From positions 1,280,529 through 1,344,528 of the forward strand of contig CAWEAM010000003.1 in the NCBI GenBank assembly GCA_963807105.1: 64,000 bases of DNA. Direction: 5' to 3'. How positions within the stretch are numbered: position 1 is the stretch's first letter; every line of letters starts with the position of its first letter. The DNA comes from an uncultured Acidobacteriota bacterium. GTDB taxonomy: Bacteria > Acidobacteriota > Vicinamibacteria > Vicinamibacterales > UBA2999. The translations under genes and the position numbers were made by a program. Under the pieces are notes generated by a model. The model was given only the letters and a program-made list of their open reading frames with translations, was not told where the DNA came from and did not search any database. This document shows positions 55,971 to 64,000 of the stretch, piece after piece.

Positions 55971-58608
55971 TTAATCGCTGCGGAGCGTTTCCATGGGATC
56001 GACAGAAGCGGCGCGGCGAGCAGGAACGACGCTCGCAAGGATCGCCCCTGCAGCGAGGGCCGCACCTGAGAGTGCATACGTGAGCGGATCCAAAGCCGTC
56101 ACACCATAGAGCAGCGACGAGATCCAGCGCGAAAGAATAGCTGAGGAGACGAGTCCCAGAATGCCCCCGAGCGACGTGAGAAGTAGACCTTGTCGAACGA
56201 AGAGGGCGCGCACCGCGCCAGGTTGCGCACCCAGCGCCAGACGGATGCCGACTTCGTGCCGCCGTCTAGCCACCGCGTAGGCAAGTACTCCGTAGACGCC
56301 AACGACGGCAAGCGCCAAGGCCATCGCCGCGGCGATGCCGATGAGCGTGACGGTGAACGAGGTCTGCGCCATGGACCGCCGGTAGGCATCTTCGAGCGTG
56401 CGAACGTCCGCCAGAGGCACACTCGCGTTGACCGCGTGAACGGCCGCTGCCACTTCCCTTAGAAACGCCGGGTTGCCCGCGCGGCTGCTTCGAATCGCCA
56501 CCGTCACCGCGCGTCGTACCGTGGTTGAACCGTTGGCTGCGGTCTCGACTCCAGCGCGGGCGTAGACGGTCGCAGGGGCAGGTTGGTGGAGGCCATCAGC
56601 ATGGATGTTCTCCACAACTCCAACGACCTCGGTCCACGGGCTGTCCCGTGCGATCCGAATCCGTTTCCCAAGCGCTTGGCGCGGCTCACCCCAGCTTTCT
56701 CGAGCCATGTTCTCCGAGACGATGGCGAGGCGGCGTTGATCGAACACATCGTCCCAGGTGAAGTCTCGGCCAGCGAGCAGGTGGGAGCCTTGAGCCGCAA
56801 ACAACCCCGGCGAGGCGTGCCGATACCTCCGGTTCGGAGGCATCCGGTCCGGCTCGGTCACGCCCTCGACCGCGACGACCACGCCATTACGGTTGTTGTC
56901 CAAAGGCACCGCGCTGGCGAAGCCAACTGCGGCGACTCCAGGTATTGCCGCAAGTCTGTCCAGCATGTCTTTCTGCAAACGAATCACCCGTTCGTGTTCT
57001 CGAGCCAGAACCTGGGGGAGCGAAATGCGGACCATCTGGATCTGGTCCGGTCGAGTAAAGCCAGGCTTGACGCTCTGAATAGCGAGCAGCGTCCGGACCA
57101 TGAGCCCCGACGCCACCAGCAGCACCAAGGCCATGGCGACTTGGCCAACAACCAGGACGCGTTGCCCCCGGAGTTGCTCCCTTGCTGGAGTTGCTCCGCG
57201 GGCGCTCTCGATGCGGCGTGGCACGCGACGCCCGACAACGGCAACCGTCCCGAACAGTAGACTGGTCCCGAGCGCGCAGAGCAGCGCGAAGGCGACCACC
57301 GCCGGCCCGAGCGCAATCTCGTTCAGCCTGGGTAGGTCGGGCGGACCGATGGCGACGAGGAGACGGACTCCGAAGTAGGCAAGGCCGAGGCCGAGCGTGC
57401 CGCCCATGAGTCCCAGGGCGAGGCTCTCGGCGAGCTGCTCAAACGCGATCCTGCCCCAACCAGCGCCGAGCGCAGCGCGTATGGCGAACTCCTGCTGGCG
57501 TGCCTGGGCCCGAACCAGGACGAGATTCGCCACGTTTGCGCAGACGAGCAACATCAGCAGGCCCAGAGCGCCCATCAGGACGCGGAGAGCCATAGCGACA
57601 CTTCCGACCACATCGTTCTTCAAAGGACGAGCGTTGGGCGTCACTGCCAATTCCTCCAGCAGCTTGCCTGCGCCCTCGTTCTGAGCCCAATGCCTCCATA
57701 CGCGAGCGATGTCCTCGTTGGCCTGGGTCACACCGAAGCCTGGTTTCAGCCTACCGATGCCGTTGTAACTGAACTCGTCGGCCCGGTTTGTGGCCAGGCG
57801 CTGCGCGAGAAAGAGGTCAGGCGACAGGTCCAGGAAGCGAAAATCCCGCGGCATCACGCCGACGATCTGGTGCGGAACGAAATCGATCACTACAGTACGG
57901 CCGAGAATCTCCCGGTCGCCTCCGAATCTTCGTTGCCAGTACCCGTGGCTGAGGATCGCCGTTCGAGCGCCGCCCGGTGAATCGTCTTCCGGCGAGAACC
58001 AGCGGCCCAGCGAGGCAGGTACCCGAACGCAGGGAAGTACACCGTGCGTCACCGTCACCGTCGCCACCTGTTCGGCTTCGCCGGCTCCTGTCACGGTGGC
58101 GGCGCCGGAGCTCCACACGCCAAGGTGCTCGAAGGCCCGGCAATCGTCGCGGCAGGCCGCGTACATGCCGGGCGAGAGGGCCGCGTCCTCGTAGACCTGT
58201 CCGCTGATCGTCAGCCGGTTGTAGATCCCCACCAGCGCGTCGGCTTGAGGATAGGGCAAGGGCTGAATCAATACTCCGTGTACCACGCTGAAGATCGCGG
58301 TATTCGCGCCGATACCGAGCGACAACGAGAGCACGACCGTCAGAACGAATCCGGGATGGGTGCGGATCAGGCGCACGGTCTGACGTGCAGTGCGCAGCGT
58401 GTTTTCGGCGAACGTGACGGTGTTCATTCTGTAGATCTCCTCGCGGATCAGTGTCATGTTGCCCAACTTTCTCCGCGCAGCGGCGCGTGCCCCTGAGGAT
58501 TCATTCCGCGTTCGACATACTCCTCGGCCGTGACATCCACGAGAACTCCAGCTCCTCCTGCTGTTCGGCATCAGCGGCCTCCCGGCGCAGGAAGCGTTTC
58601 CAGTTCAT
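55971..58608 (-). CDS. ADOP-type duplicated MacB/FtsX-like permease (copy 2); N-terminal leader split over three frames
   Basis: Permease body intact from MTLIREEIYRMNTVTFAENTLRTARQTVRLIRTHPGFVLTVVLSLSLGIGANTAIFS to ..ASVDPMETLRSD. The leader reads MNWKRFLRREAADAEQQEELEF (frame a, ATG 58608), VDVTAEEYVERGMNPQG (frame b), then ARAAARRKLGNMTLIREE (frame c). ATG 58457 could still express the permease. Confidence 0.8.
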
Positions 58609-58950
58609 CCGCGATGCTCCGTGGCGGGCTTCATGATGCGGCCGATGGCCCGCACCAGTTGGTCCCAGCGGGACGAGTGATCTGCCAGCTGCTTTTTGTC
58701 TGCAGGCGTGAGGCGGTACTACCTCGCCTTGCGGTTGTTCTCGGAGGTTCCCCAGAAGGAGGCGATCCATCCACGGTTCTGAAGCCGGTGCAGGGCCGGA
58801 TAAAGGGAGCCGTGCTCGACCACGCTGTTCCGTACACACCTTGGTTGACTCGGCTTCTCGGGCCGTCGTGCTGTTGAGTCAACTTCGAGATGCGCGCCGA
58901 TGGGCAAGAATAAGGGAATCTCACCGAGCGCGTAAGGCCGCGGCGGCCCA
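58605..58950 (-). pseudogene. PadR-family regulator (Acidobacteria type) with in-frame TAG and degenerate N-terminus
   Basis: ..[37 protein letters not shown](58719-58721)-YRLTPADKKQLADHSSRWDQLVRAIGRIMK..-TGA. The TAG sits where homologues have an aromatic residue, Tyr or Phe (..AK(Y/F)YRLT). The TGA overlaps the ADOP leader ATG (ATGA). The winged-helix N-terminal part (LGEIPLFLPIGAHLEV..) is poorly conserved and no start codon is evident. Confidence 0.7.
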
Positions 58951-59012
58951 ACAACCGTTTGCAGCCGTCGGCGGCATGCTCGACAATGTGCCGACCGAGT
59001 CGAAGAGCCACG

Positions 59013-60287
59013 ATGACTACCGCGAACCAACAGGCGACGTCGCGGTGGAACGGTGTCACCAGGTTCTTATTTCGCTTGTGGTCGGTGTACTTTGCCATCG
59101 GCCTGATCCCTTTTACAACGGCGTTTCTCAATGGCCTCGGTTTGTGGGCCCGCATTGTTGACGCGGTCGGCCGCTGGCCGATAACGATGGTCCTGGGATT
59201 GCCGGAGCATTCCGCCGGCCCCCGTGTTCCCGGCACCGACTTCCTGCCCGACTACATCACCCTGTCCGTACTCGCGCTCGTCAGCCTCGTCGTCGCGATA
59301 ACGTGGTCCGTCATCGACCGGCGACGTCAGAGCTATCCCCGTGCGTTCCCCTGGGTCTATACGGCGGTTCGTTTCACCCTGGCGGCCCTCATGTTTTGGT
59401 ACGCCTGGGGCAAGATTCTCGGGGGGCAGTTCGGTCTGGGTGTGGACCTCGTTTACCTTCCTCGACCGGTTGCGGGCCTGACGCCGATGAATCTGCTCTG
59501 GGTCTTCATGGAAGCGTCGCGTCCCTACACAATCTTTACTGGCCTCGTGGAGTTCGCCGGTGGACTGCTGCTGCTGACCCGCCGAACTGCGCTGGCGGGG
59601 GCGCTGCTGAGCGCCGCGGCCTTGGCAAACGTCCTCATGCTCAATCTCGCATACGACGTGAACGTGAAGATTGCCGCGGGCGTGATGCTCGCGATGGCCC
59701 TCTTCCTGCTCGCGCCACATGCGACCCGGTTATTCCAAGTGTTCCTGCTTAACCAGCCGACACACCATGCTCCGGAGCCTCGGCTATTCACGAACGCAAG
59801 GATCGATCGCGTTGCCCGGGTCGTCGGTGCACTGGTCGCGGCGTCGGCGGTCTACTGGGCCTACGGTCAGGCCAAGGTTTTCGCCGACGAGAACGTCGCA
59901 GCGGGCAAGGAGCCGCTTTACGGGGTCTGGCGGGTAGAGGAAACGACGAGGAACGGCGTTGTTGCGGCTCCGCTGCTCACTGACGAAGTATTGTGGCGGC
60001 ACATGATCATTGCTGGAGGCGCGCAGATCGTCTGGATGTCCGATTCTGTGACCGGCTATCGGCTCACGATCGACCACACGGCTGGCACAATCCACTTCCG
60101 GCCACGGCCCCAGTGGCCCGGAACCGAGCCGGGTCGCCCGATGTCGTTTCGCTTCAGCCAGTCCGATCGCGAGCATCTGGAACTACAGGGTTTGAGCGGT
60201 GAAGTCGCAGCGCTGGGCATGCGGCTTCGGCGCGTGGACCTTTCCCGGTCTCCGTTAGTCGATCACCAACACTCGTGGAGATGGTGA
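59013..60287 (+). CDS. polytopic membrane protein with C-terminal soluble domain (DoxX-like?)
   Basis: ATG 59013. About 6 hydrophobic helices (FRLWSVYFAIGLIPF.., YITLSVLALVSLVVAITW, FTLAALMFWYAWGKILGGQF, YTIFTGLVEFAGGLLLLT..). The ~130-aa C-terminal domain reads LYGVWRVEETTRNG... Family guess is weak. Confidence 0.55.
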   Translation: MTTANQQATSRWNGVTRFLFRLWSVYFAIGLIPFTTAFLNGLGLWARIVDAVGRWPITMVLGLPEHSAGPRVPGTDFLPDYITLSVLALVSLVVAITWSVIDRRRQSYPRAFPWVYTAVRFTLAALMFWYAWGKILGGQFGLGVDLVYLPRPVAGLTPMNLLWVFMEASRPYTIFTGLVEFAGGLLLLTRRTALAGALLSAAALANVLMLNLAYDVNVKIAAGVMLAMALFLLAPHATRLFQVFLLNQPTHHAPEPRLFTNARIDRVARVVGALVAASAVYWAYGQAKVFADENVAAGKEPLYGVWRVEETTRNGVVAAPLLTDEVLWRHMIIAGGAQIVWMSDSVTGYRLTIDHTAGTIHFRPRPQWPGTEPGRPMSFRFSQSDREHLELQGLSGEVAALGMRLRRVDLSRSPLVDHQHSWRW

Positions 60288-60605
60288 AATGGGGCCGGCT
60301 CATTCGCCACGGTTCGGCGGCTATCGCTTCGAACGGATGTGGCGATAGGCTGCTTTAACTCTGCGCATGGCCAATGCGGATGACGACAGCCTGAAGTGGA
60401 GTAGGCATAGGCACTCGGCGCCCTGCAGGTGCGTGACGATGTCTGCTAACGATTCGATGTCCCGGTTGCTCCATCACAAGTTCAGTTCACTGACGAGGTA
60501 GCGCGTCCGGCCAACCACTGTTTTGTTTCGCTAACCGCGCCGACGCGCGGTGACCCGTCAGGAGGGACAATCGCGCCAACGACAAGGCGCATTGCGTCAT
60601 GACCG

Positions 60606-60634
60606 TTGACACGGTCCGGCACCGGAGCCATACT
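60606..60634 (+). promoter_or_regulatory. sigma70-like promoter candidate for the IPT/TIG gene
   Basis: TTGACA (60606-60611), a 17-nt spacer, then CATACT (60629-60634), 60 nt upstream of ATG 60694. The ATG has an aaggag SD 7 nt upstream. Confidence 0.35.
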
Positions 60635-60693
60635 GCCGCGCCTCAAATCACTCAGGAACCGTTATCGCGGCTCCGCGCAGAAGGAGATCCGTC

Positions 60694-61431
60694 ATGCTTC
60701 GTCGTCCTCCAGTAACCATCACCTCCGTCGATCCCAAGGAAGGCGCAGAAGGCACCGTAGTGACGCTCAGAGGCTCTGGATTCGCCATGCACGCTCGGAA
60801 CAACTGTATCGTCGTCGGTGGGATGGGGGCTTGTGCTCGAGCAGAGCCCGGCTCGTCGGCGACGGAGCTGAAGGTCAAAGTGGGCCCAGTCGCGGAAGCT
60901 ACTCACGGGGACATCTTAATGTGGCCCGGCACCGGGCTAGACTTGCACACTGAAAGCCTACAGTTCGCTTCGACGAAGTTATCGTTCACCGAGGTTGCAG
61001 TGTTCAGGAACGGCGCACCAGTGGCTTCTGCTGGTGTAGATTTCAAGCTCACGAAGGCGTCAACGAACACTTTCGGCGGACGCTACGAAGCATCGGCAAC
61101 TTCATACGGCGTTGAGCTCGGGGGAGTCGAGGAGGGCGGCGCCATGCGTGTGCGGCTGCCCAAGAACTCAGGGATCTCCCGCTTCAAGTCGGTCGACGTG
61201 TGCATCGTGTTGAAGGAGCCTACGCTGGCTCTCGACTTCTCGGCCGCAATATCAGCGAATGATGATGAACGATGTTTGCGCGCCGTGGCGAAGACTATCA
61301 ATGTGAATGCGGCTTTGATCGGCGAGAGAGTTTTCAGCGACGTGAGGGTCGATGCTGACAGTGGCGCCCTCGAGCTGTTCGTATCCAAGCCGTACCTGGA
61401 AAGGGGCATGACTGTCCTCCATTTCGGCTAG
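60694..61431 (+). CDS. leaderless IPT/TIG-domain protein with unknown C-terminal domain
   Basis: PPVTITSVDPKEGAEGTVVTLRGSGFAMHARNNCIVVGG..ATELKVKVG is an IPT/TIG Ig-like domain. No signal peptide. The remaining ~160 aa match nothing I recognise. Strong SD. AT-richer than the window average. Confidence 0.7.
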   Translation: MLRRPPVTITSVDPKEGAEGTVVTLRGSGFAMHARNNCIVVGGMGACARAEPGSSATELKVKVGPVAEATHGDILMWPGTGLDLHTESLQFASTKLSFTEVAVFRNGAPVASAGVDFKLTKASTNTFGGRYEASATSYGVELGGVEEGGAMRVRLPKNSGISRFKSVDVCIVLKEPTLALDFSAAISANDDERCLRAVAKTINVNAALIGERVFSDVRVDADSGALELFVSKPYLERGMTVLHFG

Positions 61432-61539
61432 CAGCCCGTGTGGTGAAAGTCGTCGCGCGACTTGCGAGGAGTCTTCTACCAAATAGTGAAACCGCCGATG
61501 GAGACGCTTTCTTTCAACGGCGTTTTCAGAAACTCGATG

Positions 61540-61852
61540 TCAGGCCTTGCGCGCACGGATCTTGGTGAAGATGAAGTTGCCTCTAAGGCCACCGTAGTCG
61601 TACGTGCCGCTGAGCGTATCTTCGTTGAGGCTACCCTCGATGACGTAATGCGCCTCGCCCTCGCCGTCCAATGATGGGGCGTCGCCTTCGAGGCTGAGCG
61701 CCCTCGTTGTCAGATCGAACGATCCCTTCTTGACCGCACATTAACGAGATTGCACGGCCGCACGTGCAATCCCAGATAGTCTGCCCGCTAGCGTACCCGT
61801 TGCTAGCGGATTCGCGGCCTTTCGCCACTAGCTGGATGTTGAACGGGCGCAA
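61540..61852 (-). CDS. small hypothetical protein, frame broken near 61733
   Basis: TTG 61852 ORF reads MRPFNIQLVAKGRESASNGYASGQTIWDCTCGRAISLM... An adjacent frame, open only from 61740, reads AVKKGSFDLTTRALSLEGDAPSLDGEGEAHYVIEGSLNEDTLSGTYDYGGLRGNFIFTKIRARKA-stop (61540). It is unbiased and beta-rich but has no start of its own. Confidence 0.35.
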
Positions 61853-61877
61853 TCATGGGTGCACGATCGGTGTCAGC

Positions 61878-62330
61878 TCACGTGGGAAGCGTTGCGACGA
61901 TCTGGCTAATGTTGGCAAAATCGATGGAGAGACTCTTATCCACGGGTCCCTCGCCAACCGGTTCCGTTAGCGTCCGCAGTCGCGCCCAGTTCAGCAGTTT
62001 GGTCGAGCCTGACGGGTCGTCGGGGTGGTTGCGAGCGTCGTACTCGAAGGTCACGGGTCGCTCGTGCCGCAGCATGGCGATCGCTTCATCGAACTGATGA
62101 AGCATCAGCAGTGCGGCGACGCGCGGGTTCAAACCATCGAAATCGAGCACGTATCCGACCGCTTGCCCGACCGTCGCCCAGTTCGGGAGAGTGGTGACGA
62201 AACTGATGTCGGCGACGGTCTGGATGCCGTGTTCCGCGATGTCGCTGCGCACCACGATCGCAGACGAGGATAAGCTCGTACTGTTGGCAACCCTGAGCGA
62301 GTAGTTCTGCACGATGAAGCTGCGTTCCAT
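61878..62330 (-). CDS. hypothetical protein (150 aa)
   Basis: Unbiased ORF MERSFIVQNYSLRVANSTS..GYVLDFDGLNPRVAALLMLHQFDEAIAMLRHERPVTFEYD... Begins 28 nt downstream of the HAF gene stop on the same strand. No family recognised. Confidence 0.55.
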   Translation of the reverse strand: MERSFIVQNYSLRVANSTSLSSSAIVVRSDIAEHGIQTVADISFVTTLPNWATVGQAVGYVLDFDGLNPRVAALLMLHQFDEAIAMLRHERPVTFEYDARNHPDDPSGSTKLLNWARLRTLTEPVGEGPVDKSLSIDFANISQIVATLPT

Positions 62331-62357
62331 TGTCTTCTCCTGGGTGTCTCGGCGACC

Positions 62358-63877
62358 TTACTCACGCGCTTCCATTTCGCGTCGAATCAGGGCCACGCCG
62401 GCCACGAGCTTGGTCGATTGGATCCGGTTCAGCCGACGATCCCGCATGAACGTTTCGACTTCATCCTGATAGAGGTCCAAGCCTCGGCGCGCGTCGTCGA
62501 GATCGCCCCGCTCGACGGCTGCCTCGACCGACTCCAGCTTGGCGACCAGGCTCTCTCGCTCCAATGACAGGACGCCCGACAAGGCCAGTAAATCTTTCAG
62601 ATTGGCAAGGATGGTAAGCAGCGGCGGGGTGAGCAAATAGGCGCGCGGCTTGTGGTACTCAAAGAGGCCAGTGCCCACAATCTGGCCGAGATCGTTGATG
62701 GCCGTCGCTTCAACGAGTTTCCAGACGGCCCGGTCGGCCGGCGAGAGCAGCGTATTGATATCGGTCATCGTCGAGTTTTTGTGGAGAAACGGGTGAGGGT
62801 TACCGTCGCCGGACGCTGTGGTCTCCGAAGTGCCTACAACGTTGTTGTGATTGTTGATATCCACGGCTTGGCTGTTGCACTCGCGGGATCATACGCGCAC
62901 AGCGTCCCTAGATCCGTCATTGACGGCGCCATGGAGCGGGGCGACAGGATGAAGGCATGGTGGCGACCCGGCAGCGCCGCCTCAAATTCGGACGTTCCGA
63001 CAATAACGCCGGCATCGTTGATGGCGTAAGCAATGCTCTTGCATGTGAGGCAACTGAGGTCGAGGGCGCCGAGGAATTCGACAACGCTCGAACCGGTAAG
63101 CCATCGGAACGCGCGGCCCCACGTGCTCTGACCCACGACGACGCCATGATCGTTGATGTCCTCGGGGCTGGCGATGCTGGACGGCAGTAGGGACGCGGAG
63201 TTGCCAATCCAGCTGCCATCGGGACCTACGCCGACGATCTTGAAGAAATTGCTGATCGCCTTCGCTGAAGAGACGTCCCAAAAGGGGTCGGGGTATCTGT
63301 CTGTTGGAAAAACATGGAGACTGAGCGATTGTGCACTCGGGGCCACAAACGCGAAGTGAGGGCTGTCGCACACGAGATTCGCATGGCCATAGACGCACTC
63401 TGTGCCGACGACCCAGCCATAGTCATTGATCGCGTTGCCAAAGCTGGAACGCCCCGAAGAACTAAAGTAGCTGCCACAATATGGAGGGGTGCAAGTCAGC
63501 AACAGGATGGGGCTGGAAGCATCGATTGGGGCATTCGGTGCGGTGCGAAATGCTCGGAGACCCGGATCGTTGACGTCGTGGGGGCCGAGACGGGACCAGC
63601 CGGTCACCTGACCCAAATTGTTCACGTCCGACGCATGGCTCTCGCACTCGGCTGGCGAGCAGAGAGACGAGGCGTTGAAGGTTCCGAGGTTCAGAATTTT
63701 GTAGTAAGGCTTGAGCAGATCGACGGCCTTCTGCCCGCGCTCGAGGTCCAACATCGTCGCCACGCGAAACGCGGACGCTCGCGTTGTCTCACCCGGAAAT
63801 GTCACGATGCCGAGCGCGACGATCAGGGCGCATCCGCGCACCGACACCCTGCTCGCGGTCGCTGTTCGTGCCGTCAT
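62358..63877 (-). CDS. secreted HAF-repeat protein with helical C-terminal domain, frame broken near 62865-62880
   Basis: Signal peptide ..GCALIVALGIVTF. Repeats VNNLGQVTGWS, INDYGWVVGT, INDHGVVVGQS, INDAGVIVGTS..HHAFIL..DLGTL. Continues in another frame as VDINNHNNVVGTS..HPFLH..INDLGQIVGTG (ORF 62358..62864). The C-terminal ~90 aa form a helical hairpin (LVAKLESVEAAVERGDLDDARRGLDLYQDEVETF), possibly FIMAH-like. Confidence 0.7.
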
Positions 63878-64000
63878 GACCTCCTCCTCGCGCGTCCCGC
63901 TGGTCCGCCGCCTTGCTCGGAAGAGGCTTCCTGTTTTTAGGCGCCACCAAGCTCAGGTAGAACCCTTGGGTTCCGGCGCTCGACGCTCCTACTAGAGATG

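Noticed and set aside
1-64000. Programmed ribosomal frameshifting as the explanation for the many split genes
   Set aside because: The shifts go in both directions, affect unrelated housekeeping-type genes and share no slippery heptamer or downstream structure. Several sit in plain mononucleotide runs, so indel error or decay is far more parsimonious.
1-64000. CRISPR arrays, rRNA genes, intact tRNAs, integrases, intact transposases, and known defence or toxin systems
   Set aside because: I scanned intergenic regions and the ORF translations by eye. I found no regularly spaced repeats, no rRNA-like stretches, no complete cloverleaf, and no recombinase, nuclease or ATPase defence signatures beyond the fragments reported.

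Overview
High-GC bacterial chromosomal segment, roughly two-thirds G+C by eye, with several visibly AT-richer patches. The marker families point to Acidobacteriota: VWFA-related Acidobacteria-type VWA proteins, two ADOP-type duplicated MacB-like permeases, an Acidobacteria-type PadR remnant, and TonB-dependent receptors with CarboxypepD_reg N-termini. All family names come from motif recognition by eye; no searches were run.

Content, left to right:
- 0.4-8.4 kb: a frame-broken VWA gene, a secreted kinase-fold-like protein, a 5'-truncated MgtE, and a tight four-gene operon (sigma54 response regulator, histidine kinase, VWA protein, DUF4159 protein).
- 8.7-15.4 kb: a small Cys/His protein plus a TonB-dependent receptor, converging on an ABC ATPase with two DUF3526-type ABC-2 permeases.
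- 15.5-28.6 kb: ADOP permease 1, a DUF418 protein, TonB receptor 2, a DUF5916/CBM9-like protein, a LytS/LytTR two-component pair, and a PhoX/DUF839-like propeller.
- 29.4-49.6 kb: a beta-phosphoglucomutase and GH65 phosphorylase pair, followed by a long stress and desiccation island. The island holds PCD, DUF1003, DUF892, PNPOx-like, DUF6766, YflT-like, BON, DUF3072 and a Mn-catalase-DUF892 fusion. It also holds a triad (a membrane-anchored protein with ElaB/YqjD-like topology, Holin-X, DUF3618), YihY, and many small unnamed genes.
- 49.6-64 kb: oxidoreductases, an IS481 remnant next to a defence-type ATPase fragment, a 2.3 kb AT-richer islet bracketed by a 19-nt direct repeat, a decayed PadR-ADOP operon, and an AT-richer cluster of uncharacterised genes (an IPT/TIG protein and a HAF-repeat operon).

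I saw no rRNA, intact tRNA, CRISPR array, or intact transposase or integrase.

Major caveat: a dozen or more conserved genes are interrupted by single-base frame breaks, often at short homopolymers, which looks more like assembly indel error than biology. Several gene fragments and one in-frame stop look like genuine decay. I could not identify one clearly novel system. The best candidates are listed in the findings with modest scores.
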